Source of the DNA: an uncultured bacterium
GTDB taxonomy: Bacteria > Zixibacteria > MSB-5A5 > UBA10806
Length of the DNA: 64,000 nucleotides
Direction of reading: 5' to 3'
Assembly: GCA_965541585.1 (NCBI GenBank)
Contig: CBEUCH010000001.1
Span: 224,001 to 288,000 of the forward strand
This document shows, piece by piece, positions 56,151-64,000 of this stretch. The notes under the pieces were generated by a model, which saw nothing but the letters and a program-made list of their open reading frames with translations, ran no database searches and was not told where the DNA came from. Numbering within the stretch: the stretch's first letter is position 1; each line of letters starts with the position of its first letter. A program made the position numbers and the translations under genes.

Positions 56151-58955
56151 ATGTTATTAAGAGGAAAGGCCAGGCCGGTGATTGCCGGGATTATAACGCT
56201 GGCCATGATGATCACCATAGCCGTGATATCCTGTGACAGGAGGCATGGAGTAGATCCAATAGCCTTGCAGGCAGGTAATGTGGATGATATTATCATAGCC
56301 TTAAGCCCGCCCCAGGTATATTTGCCATCGCCGGAAGATATCGACACGGTGCTTGTCCTTATCGCTGTGATAAATGAGGATGGTGTGGGCATGGAGAGTG
56401 TCGCTGTTAGAGTCACCTGTTCCCCGGTCATCGGGGTTATCAGTCAGCCGGGCCAAACAGATTCCATGGGTACCACCTACGCCGCATTCGTAAACGCACC
56501 CGGGGTCTACGGTGCTACCACCATCGAGGCAACTGCCGGCTCGATGTCCGCCGCCAGAGAACTATATATTTCCGGGCCCTCCGAATTCTCCATGAGCCTG
56601 AATTACTCGCCGCCGGAGGAAAAACTCATCGATCATGAGGGCGATCCTTACAATGTCACCGTCACGCTGGTCGACACTACGCAGAGAGGAGTGGCCGGTC
56701 AGCAGGTTAGATTCTCTATTCTGAATCGTGTCGGCAGGCTTTCTTTTGAGGACACTACGACCACCATACCGGTGACTAATAGCGAGGGAATGGTAACCGC
56801 TTTATTTTACAACACACAGGATGACGAGATTAATAATCCCGATACTGCAAAGGTTCAGGCGGTAACCACCTCGCCCTCGGATCCCTCGAATCCAATTGCA
56901 GCAACGGTTTCCATTCCCCTCCGTCCCGTGCAGAATTCCATGATCGTGGAGGCCGTTTCCGAGACCGTCTATGGCGACGGGTCGGATTCGACAATTATCA
57001 GAGCGTTCCTGCTCGATACCTACGGTCATGGTATTGTCGGCGATACCGTTGTCTTCACCAATCTGGGGAGGGATGGCCAGATTCCGCCCAAAGTGGTTAC
57101 TGATGGCAGCGGGGTTGCCGAAACCGCGTTCAGGCCCTACGCCGACCATCTGGGGGTAACGGAAATATTGGCCGGCTACAGAGAAGACACCATCCATGAG
57201 GCCATTGATACGGTGGAGGTGGAAATTCTGCCGGTTCGCGCAATCGCCGTTATAACGGTATCACTGCAGACACAAACCGTTATAGCCAACGGGCAGGATT
57301 CGTCAACCATATTTATCTTCGTTCAGGACTCGTCCGGAGGATCGATAGCCGATGGTACCTCGGTCTTTCTTGAGAATACGGGCACCGGGAGTCTCTCGCA
57401 TTTCCAGGTTGAGACCACCAATGGTCAGGCAAGGACTGCGATCAGGGCGCCTGCCAATATCGAAAGCGGCCCGAAGGTCGATTCGATCTTCGTCTGGGGA
57501 AATTCCAGCGATACGACAATCGTGGCGGATACCGCCGTCGTTACTTATGTTCCCGATGTCGTTTATGAATTGGTGATTATCAGGCCTGATTCGACTGTAA
57601 CATTAGTAGCCGGGTCGAACGCGTCCGATACCGTGCAGGTTTTCGCTAAAGACGCCAACGGCAATCCGGTGGCCAATGGGACTCAGATCAGCTTTGTAAA
57701 TGAGATTCCTTCTTCAACCATAGTTCCCCAAGAAGCCCAGACTGTGGACGGTATCGCCACGGCCGTTTATCTCGTGGGTACCGAAACTGGGAATGACAAC
57801 GTTAAAGCCTTCGTGCCTGATCCCGGTGAACCGACAGATACAATCTGGTCGGTGCGTCCGGCTGTTTTCCGCATCATATCCTCCGAAGCTACAACCCTGG
57901 TGCTGTCTTCGAGCGAGGATCACATTGCTGTGGGCGGAGCGTCGTGCCAGATAATAGCGACACTCCAGGATGCCAACGGCAACCCCCTCTCGGAGGGTTA
58001 CTTCGTTGCCTTTGAGATAGTAACTGCAAGCGGGAGCCCTACCGCACCGGACGAGTGGCCCTCCTTCGATACCGAGTGGGGAGTCTATTTTGATACCGTT
58101 GAAACTGATATAATTGGCCAGGCAATAGTGCAGATTTATTCGGGAACGGAAGCGGGGCCGGTTTCGATTGAGGCCTGCACCATACCGTTGCCTCCGGATT
58201 CTCTTTTCGTGTGCGACGAAAGGTCGTTGATTACGATCTCCTCCGGTCCCCCAGCCTTCGTTAGCGTTTCCCCCGCTCCCGTAGCGGAGGCCTCAAATCC
58301 TAACTATCCGGAGAGATTCGTCCAGGTCGGGGCAGGAGTCTGGGATGAATTTACTAATCCGGTACAATATGGAACCGCAGTTCACTTTTCCCTGATTCCC
58401 AATTATATTGCCGAGGTGGAGGGTAACTCATTTACCGGTGGAGCAAAACCGTATCATCCGGATTCGGTTGACGGATGGGCGTTCTCTCGCATCATATACG
58501 GGTGCTATGAAACGTTAGCCAGTCTGCAGGTGGTGGCGACGTCCGGCGGCGAAGACAGAGAACAGGTAGCTGACACATCTGCCGAGTTTAAGCTCCCGAT
58601 CTACAACCCCAGTGTCTTTCTCTCGGCAAATCCCGGGAACCTGCGGTGCGCCGGCCCGGGCGATAATGAATGCGACCAATCGTCAATCACGGCCCTGCTT
58701 ACGGACGGCGGAGGCTGTGCTATTCAATACGGTACAGTTAATTTCTCCGCCCTGGTGGCCGGTTCCATTATCGGGCCGACGGAGGTTATAACCGACGAGA
58801 ATGGGATTGCTGAAACCACCTATGAGATATGCGGCGACGAAATACCCACACCACCGGATGGTATCCCCCGAATTGAAACGAAAGTCCGGGCCGTCCTGTT
58901 TGGATATTCTGAGATTGAAGCGGAGGTCGATCTCGTCTGCACCCGCCCGCAGTGA
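56151..58955 (+). CDS. Large lipoprotein with tandem invasin/intimin-type Ig-like (Big_1) domains
   Basis: Lipobox VISC; repeated DANGNPV/L, TD..G.A and ANG.DS motifs; Cys-rich C-terminus. Confidence 0.8.
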   Translation: MLLRGKARPVIAGIITLAMMITIAVISCDRRHGVDPIALQAGNVDDIIIALSPPQVYLPSPEDIDTVLVLIAVINEDGVGMESVAVRVTCSPVIGVISQPGQTDSMGTTYAAFVNAPGVYGATTIEATAGSMSAARELYISGPSEFSMSLNYSPPEEKLIDHEGDPYNVTVTLVDTTQRGVAGQQVRFSILNRVGRLSFEDTTTTIPVTNSEGMVTALFYNTQDDEINNPDTAKVQAVTTSPSDPSNPIAATVSIPLRPVQNSMIVEAVSETVYGDGSDSTIIRAFLLDTYGHGIVGDTVVFTNLGRDGQIPPKVVTDGSGVAETAFRPYADHLGVTEILAGYREDTIHEAIDTVEVEILPVRAIAVITVSLQTQTVIANGQDSSTIFIFVQDSSGGSIADGTSVFLENTGTGSLSHFQVETTNGQARTAIRAPANIESGPKVDSIFVWGNSSDTTIVADTAVVTYVPDVVYELVIIRPDSTVTLVAGSNASDTVQVFAKDANGNPVANGTQISFVNEIPSSTIVPQEAQTVDGIATAVYLVGTETGNDNVKAFVPDPGEPTDTIWSVRPAVFRIISSEATTLVLSSSEDHIAVGGASCQIIATLQDANGNPLSEGYFVAFEIVTASGSPTAPDEWPSFDTEWGVYFDTVETDIIGQAIVQIYSGTEAGPVSIEACTIPLPPDSLFVCDERSLITISSGPPAFVSVSPAPVAEASNPNYPERFVQVGAGVWDEFTNPVQYGTAVHFSLIPNYIAEVEGNSFTGGAKPYHPDSVDGWAFSRIIYGCYETLASLQVVATSGGEDREQVADTSAEFKLPIYNPSVFLSANPGNLRCAGPGDNECDQSSITALLTDGGGCAIQYGTVNFSALVAGSIIGPTEVITDENGIAETTYEICGDEIPTPPDGIPRIETKVRAVLFGYSEIEAEVDLVCTRPQ

Positions 58956-58976
58956 TTTGAATATTAGAGAGGATTG

Positions 58977-60680
58977 ATGGATAAACTCGGAGAGGTTCTA
59001 CTAAAAGAGAATCTGATAACCGAAGATAAGCTCAGGTTAGGCTTAGAAAAACAGCGGGAGAACGGCAAGAGGCTTGGCGAGGCGCTTCTTGCGGAAGGCC
59101 TGATCGCCGATGAGGATCTGGCCAGGGGACTCTCCAAGCAACTTCAAATCCGCTTTGTAACGGCTGAGGATCTGCTTAAGGTCGATAAAGAGGCCCTGGA
59201 ATTTATCCCCGAGTTTTTTGCCAGGGAATACCATTGTCTGGCTTTTGCCCACGAAGAGGATCAGCTTCATGTTGTAATGGTTGATCCCGAAGACATTGTT
59301 ATTATAGACAATCTCCAGAAGATAACCTCCAGGCAGATTATAGTCGGCATCGGGGCGTTGGGAGTAATCGATGAGGCGATTGAGAGACATTATAAGGAGC
59401 TAAGGGCAACCGGCGAGGTATCCGAGGCGCTCTCAGGAATGGATTTTATCGTCTCCGCCGACGGCCAGGATCTTGATGATATAGACGTTAACGAGCTGAA
59501 AAAGGAGCTGGACGAGGCTCCTATCGTCAAACTCGTCAACCTGATTATCTCCGAGGCCATAAAAAGCAGGGCTACTGATATTCATGTCGAGCCTCTATTC
59601 GATTCTCTCCTGATACGTTACCGGGTCGATGGCGCTCTACAGGAGATAATGACTGCCCCTCTTAAATCGGCCATGGGGATTATCTCGAGGATCAAGATCA
59701 TGTCCAATCTCAACATTGCCGAGCGCCGCCTGCCTCAGGATGGCCGCATTTCAATCAAGACTCCGGATAAAGAAGTCGACGTCCGTGTCTCCGTGCTCCC
59801 GACGGTAAGAGGCGAAAAGGTGGTCTTGAGGCTTCTGGATAAGAAGGGCTTCGATTTTACTTTGACGAACCTCGGTTTGGAAAACGATATGCTCCAGATT
59901 TTCAGGAAGTGGATCAGAATGCCTTATGGAATGGTTATCGTCTCCGGTCCCACAGGGTGCGGGAAATCTACAACCCTGCATGCGGCGTTAAAGGAGATAC
60001 AGAATGAAGAGGACAATATCGTTACCGTTGAGGACCCGGTAGAATACCAGATCGACAAGATTAATCAGGTGGCTACGAACGAATCTATAGGATTGTCGTT
60101 CGCAACGACACTCAGAACGGTACTGAGGCAGGATCCTGATAAAGTCTTGATCGGCGAGATTCGCGACAAGGAGACGGCGGACATCGCCATTAAATTCTCT
60201 CTGACCGGACACCTTGTTTTCACCACGCTGCATGCCAACGACGCTCCATCCACGATGACGAGGCTTCTTGATATAGGTGTGCCGAGATATCTTGTCGGTT
60301 CGGTTACCAATCTTGTGATGGCCCAGAGGCTCGTGAGGACCATCTGCGCCGGCTGCAAGGAGGAATATAAGCCCACCGAGGAAGAGATTCTTTCGTTGAG
60401 AATGAGCCCTGATGAACACAAAGACTCGGTTTTTTGCAAAGGTAAGGGGTGCGTCCGGTGCCGCAACACCGGATATTTCGGGCGCACCGCCCTGTTTGAA
60501 TTGCTGGAGATGAAATTACCGATCAGAAAAATCGTCTTTGAGGGCGGCAATGAAGATGACCTGAGAATAGAAGCGGTAAATAACGGCCTTATCAATTTGA
60601 GAGAGGCTGGAATTCGCAAGATTCTGGCCGGTACTGTGACGGCAGAGGAAGTACTTAAGAAAACCATCGATGAAGATTAG
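58977..60680 (+). CDS. pilB: Type IV pilus extension ATPase with N-terminal MshEN motif
   Basis: KLGEVLL..NLI / RLGEALL.EGLI; ATDIHVEP; ERRLPQDGR; GPTGCGKST; LRQDPD; CAGC...CVRC. Confidence 0.95.
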   Translation: MDKLGEVLLKENLITEDKLRLGLEKQRENGKRLGEALLAEGLIADEDLARGLSKQLQIRFVTAEDLLKVDKEALEFIPEFFAREYHCLAFAHEEDQLHVVMVDPEDIVIIDNLQKITSRQIIVGIGALGVIDEAIERHYKELRATGEVSEALSGMDFIVSADGQDLDDIDVNELKKELDEAPIVKLVNLIISEAIKSRATDIHVEPLFDSLLIRYRVDGALQEIMTAPLKSAMGIISRIKIMSNLNIAERRLPQDGRISIKTPDKEVDVRVSVLPTVRGEKVVLRLLDKKGFDFTLTNLGLENDMLQIFRKWIRMPYGMVIVSGPTGCGKSTTLHAALKEIQNEEDNIVTVEDPVEYQIDKINQVATNESIGLSFATTLRTVLRQDPDKVLIGEIRDKETADIAIKFSLTGHLVFTTLHANDAPSTMTRLLDIGVPRYLVGSVTNLVMAQRLVRTICAGCKEEYKPTEEEILSLRMSPDEHKDSVFCKGKGCVRCRNTGYFGRTALFELLEMKLPIRKIVFEGGNEDDLRIEAVNNGLINLREAGIRKILAGTVTAEEVLKKTIDED

Positions 60681-60761
60681 ATCCGCGCTGTTTTCCCGAA
60701 GGGCCTTAGGGAATTCTCATAAATCTCTACCATCAAATGCTGCTAAACGAGATTAGAATTT

Positions 60762-62015
60762 ATGGCAACCTTTTCGTACGTAGTCAAAGACACTAAAGGC
60801 AATAAACACGACGGGACATTAACGGCCAGTTCTCTCGACGAGGCTTTAAATAAGCTTCGGGAATCAGGGCAAACCGTTATCTCCGTAATCGATTCCAGAA
60901 AAGCGGAGGGCGGTAAGAAAAAAGGTCTGATAGATGAGATCTCCCTTTATATCCACAAGAAGCGAACAGCCGTGCCACTCAGGACACAGGTGTTTTTCAC
61001 CAGGCAGTTGGCCACGATGATCTCAGCAGGCCTGACTATAGAGAAGTCGTTGAATAACCTCCTATACGAAGAGTCCCAGAAGAGATTCAGAAAGGTCGTA
61101 GCCCAGCTCTTAAACGATGTCAAGAAGGGTTTCGCCCTGTCGGACGCTTTTGATAGGCATCCCGGCATCTTTTCGCCGCTATATGTTGCCCTGGTCAAGT
61201 CGGGGGAGGTTTCGGGGTCGCTTCATACAGTTCTGGAGGAGCTGGCCGATTATCTGGAGTTCATACAGGATACCAGGCGGAAGATAGTCTCCGCGCTGGT
61301 TTATCCATCGTTAGTTGTAGTGATGCTTGTAATTGTGACTACGATTCTCATGGTGTATGTCGTCCCACAATTCGAAAGCGTATATTCGAGGTTCGGGGCC
61401 AGTCTTCCGGTTCCTACCCAGATCTTGATAAAGGTATCGGATGTAATAGGCGCCAACTTTTTTGCTACGTTTATCGGATTGATCCTGCTGATGGTTCTTA
61501 TCAAGGTCGCGAGTCTTACGTTCACGGGCAGAAAGGTGATTGACAGGGTCAAGCTGAGTCTCCCGCTTTTCAAGCAGATCCTTACAAATTCAATGATGAG
61601 CAAATTCTGTCGCACTTTCGGGATGTTGCTGACCGCGGGCGTTCCGGTGGTCGATTCCTTGAACCTGGTGTACCGGGTCATGGACAACGTCCATTATAAG
61701 GCCGCCGTCAGACAGGCAACAGGGCTGATCAGAGACGGTTTCTCGATATCGGCGTCGTTGAAAAAGACCGGTGCTTTTCCTAATACCCTTCTCTCCCTCG
61801 TAGCCACGGGAGAGGAGACGGGGGATATGGATAAAATGCTCGGTAAAGCTGCAACATTCTATGATAAGCAGCTGGAGGCGGTGATAATCAGGATGACATC
61901 CCTGATAGAGCCGATCCTCATCGTACTGATCGGTATCGTGATCGGCACGATCATCATAGTTATCTATCTGCCGTTCTTCAAGATGGGGTCTGCATTCAGA
62001 AGGGGTCTGACTTAG
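60762..62015 (+). CDS. pilC: Type IV pilus platform protein
   Basis: FTRQLATMISAGL, GEVSGSL, ALVYP, GEETG, IEP..IV.IG...IYLPFF. Confidence 0.95.
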   Translation: MATFSYVVKDTKGNKHDGTLTASSLDEALNKLRESGQTVISVIDSRKAEGGKKKGLIDEISLYIHKKRTAVPLRTQVFFTRQLATMISAGLTIEKSLNNLLYEESQKRFRKVVAQLLNDVKKGFALSDAFDRHPGIFSPLYVALVKSGEVSGSLHTVLEELADYLEFIQDTRRKIVSALVYPSLVVVMLVIVTTILMVYVVPQFESVYSRFGASLPVPTQILIKVSDVIGANFFATFIGLILLMVLIKVASLTFTGRKVIDRVKLSLPLFKQILTNSMMSKFCRTFGMLLTAGVPVVDSLNLVYRVMDNVHYKAAVRQATGLIRDGFSISASLKKTGAFPNTLLSLVATGEETGDMDKMLGKAATFYDKQLEAVIIRMTSLIEPILIVLIGIVIGTIIIVIYLPFFKMGSAFRRGLT

Positions 62016-62034
62016 GGACATATTTTTTTTGACG

Positions 62035-62071
62035 GCCACCGTTTCACACCATAGAAACGGTGGTTTTTTTT
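62035..62071 (+). terminator. Intrinsic terminator ending the pil cluster
   Basis: CCACCGTTTC-acaccata-GAAACGGTGG followed by T8. Confidence 0.85.
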
Positions 62072-62084
62072 AAAGGGAATTGAG

Positions 62085-62819
62085 ATGCGGATTGATCCTG
62101 AACTGGCCTTAGATCTTCTGGGGAGTAAGAAATATGCAGTGATGAAGCGGATGATGGCCAGAGAGAGATTTTCAGAGCATTTGACGCTGGTGTCTTCCAT
62201 CGCCTCACTGCAAGCCTCTGGTGATAGGCAAAATCTAACAGCGATATTGGATCTGGCGATCACCGACGGCGATGATTTAATGATCGCCTATGAGTTGTTG
62301 TTGCAGGGATATCTTTTCTGCGGATTCCCTTCGGCCATAGAATCCTTTTTCTGCCTGGAACAAGCTCTAAGAGGAAAATACGGTCTCGATTTGAATGATA
62401 TTTCACCACGGCCACTCGAATCGTCAGCCATTATGCAGGAACTCGGAGCTATGACCGGAAGAGAAGTGCATGGGGACAGATTCGAAAGAATCGAGAATAA
62501 AATTAGTGCGCTCTGTCCCGATTTAGGCTATTTAATGATAACCGCGGGTTACGGGCATATCCTGTCCCGGAGAGGATTGGATATCAAGACCCGCGAACTG
62601 GCAGTGGTTTCATCGCTGACGGCTCTGGGAGCCTATCGCCAGCTGAACTCCCATATCAGGGGATGCAGAAACGTTGGATGCGAGGATTCTGAGATCTACG
62701 AGACAATATTCGCCTGTTTATTGTGGATCTCCCCGGAGCGGGTTGTTGATTCGCTCAAACTCTGGTCTAATATCACCGACGAAGAGCTTTCCGAATCCAT
62801 CGACTATTATATATATTAG
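62085..62819 (+). CDS. Carboxymuconolactone decarboxylase/AhpD-like protein
   Basis: YELLLQGYLFCGFP; YGHILSRRGLDIKTRELAVVSSL..LG...QL.SHIRG. Confidence 0.8.
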   Translation: MRIDPELALDLLGSKKYAVMKRMMARERFSEHLTLVSSIASLQASGDRQNLTAILDLAITDGDDLMIAYELLLQGYLFCGFPSAIESFFCLEQALRGKYGLDLNDISPRPLESSAIMQELGAMTGREVHGDRFERIENKISALCPDLGYLMITAGYGHILSRRGLDIKTRELAVVSSLTALGAYRQLNSHIRGCRNVGCEDSEIYETIFACLLWISPERVVDSLKLWSNITDEELSESIDYYIY

Positions 62820-62834
62820 GACGTATAAAATCTT

Positions 62835-64000
62835 ATGAGGACAGTCCTGAAAATACCGGTCTATATTGTTGGCGTTGTATTGCTGTTTGTTTTAACCGCT
62901 GCATACCTGTTCTATTTCACCACGCTCCCGGAGATGGAACTGAATAACTGGATAGCCTTTACAGCCTCTCGCAAGAGCGGATTGAATGTCGGCTTCGAGC
63001 GGATAAACCGAGATCTCTGGAACCGTCTGACCCTGGAGGGGATCAGGATTTCGCCGGCTGCAGGCAATGGGGGCCCGTATGTGAGGATTGCGCGACTTGA
63101 ACTTGACTATGACCTGCTGAGATTACTCAAAGGTCATTATGTCTTCGATAGCCTTGCCCTAGATTCGGTTCTAATATCCTACCCGGACAGACCCGAAGGC
63201 GAAGAATCTCGCGGGGATAGTACTGGCTCCTTCTCGCTGCCCTTTTCAGCCTCGATAGATAAGATCCGGATCAATGATATTCAAGCAGTAATCCGGGACG
63301 GCGATATTATCTTTATCGACTCGCTGATTTTTTCTGCCTCCAGCGAAGAAAATGTCTCAGAATTGGAAATACATAGCGTCGCCGCCCGCTGGCCCGGCAG
63401 GGAATTTGAAATCAAATCTATAACCGGTAAGCTCTCCACGACCACTGACGGGTTCTATCTGGACAATATAGACGTGGTCACGGGCGGATCGAACCTATCT
63501 CTAAACGGTCACATCGACTCCTCATTTAAGAGTGGCATGGATCTCACATTTGATTTTGCGCCTATCGATCTTGATGAAATCAAAAGGCTTACTGGTGTAA
63601 AGATCAAAGGGATGTTGACCGCAAGCGGTACGATCCGGAACGCTATAGGTGATTTTGGCGGCGAAACAGTGGTAACCGGAATTTTCATGGGTAAACCGTT
63701 TGACGATGTAAGCCTGTCATATCGCTTCAGTAATAAGAGATTATCATTTTCGTCTATTAATGGAGATGTTTTCCAGGCTGGTTTTGCGGGAGCCGGGGAG
63801 ATTGACTTCAGCTCAAAACCGGAGAAGTACAAATATAATGGCAGAGTCGAGCATCTGAATCTTCAGGAGATCGCCCCTGATATCAGGACTGATTTTACAG
63901 GCAACATTGAGTTAAGCGGCCAGGGTTTCGACAAGGCTCAATTCATGATGCTGATAGGCTGTAATCTTGACTCTGTTAGAATAGAGGACTACTTTTTTCA
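62835..64000 (+). CDS. TamB/AsmA-like protein; 3' end runs out of the window
   Basis: ATG 62835; N-terminal TM; LTLEGIRI...LELDYDLLRLL beta-taco-like pattern; absent from the ORF track, consistent with no stop before the window end. Confidence 0.65.
   Translation, partial: MRTVLKIPVYIVGVVLLFVLTAAYLFYFTTLPEMELNNWIAFTASRKSGLNVGFERINRDLWNRLTLEGIRISPAAGNGGPYVRIARLELDYDLLRLLKGHYVFDSLALDSVLISYPDRPEGEESRGDSTGSFSLPFSASIDKIRINDIQAVIRDGDIIFIDSLIFSASSEENVSELEIHSVAARWPGREFEIKSITGKLSTTTDGFYLDNIDVVTGGSNLSLNGHIDSSFKSGMDLTFDFAPIDLDEIKRLTGVKIKGMLTASGTIRNAIGDFGGETVVTGIFMGKPFDDVSLSYRFSNKRLSFSSINGDVFQAGFAGAGEIDFSSKPEKYKYNGRVEHLNLQEIAPDIRTDFTGNIELSGQGFDKAQFMMLIGCNLDSVRIEDYFF

Noticed and set aside
1..64000. tRNA, rRNA, transposase or prophage genes
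   Set aside because: None recognised by eye; a tRNAscan/Infernal/ISEScan run would be needed to exclude them formally

Overview
Bacterial chromosomal window, mostly on the + strand. Secreted proteins with T9SS-like C-terminal sorting domains, dockerin/FN3 modules and a Gld-type ABC system suggest an FCB-superphylum organism, plausibly Zixibacteria-like (inference only). In order, it contains: a partial YyaL/DUF255 gene; an M6 metalloprotease; a dockerin+cohesin-like protein; a cobalamin riboswitch controlling a TonB-dependent receptor and a secreted beta-propeller; rpmE-DUF1385-prfA and prmC, split by a tldD/tldE-OMP-Tat-peptide block; a GT-C-like membrane protein; a stand-alone PilB N-terminal domain; a GldA/F-G/DUF4340 ABC system; an AAA ATPase; thiL; and a ZIP transporter. 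An accessory, REP-rich zone (about 31-42 kb) follows, in which divergent kbl and tdh are separated by repeat-bounded genes. The window ends with an ECF sigma/anti-sigma/HtrA operon, a 16-kb type IVa pilus cluster and a partial TamB/AsmA-like gene. The strongest leads are: (1) a lipoprotein built as lipidated octapeptide, Hint self-processing domain and FN3; (2) 17-21-nt palindromes nested inside REP hairpins, with filled and empty sites visible for the 18-mer; (3) repeat-bounded gene cassettes between kbl and tdh; (4) a riboswitch-controlled, CTD-bearing BtuG-like candidate B12 scavenger; and (5) a pilus with two large PilX-like paralogs and an invasin-like lipoprotein but no PilY1. No tRNA, rRNA, CRISPR array or transposase was recognised. 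All family calls come from motif recognition by eye, not database searches.
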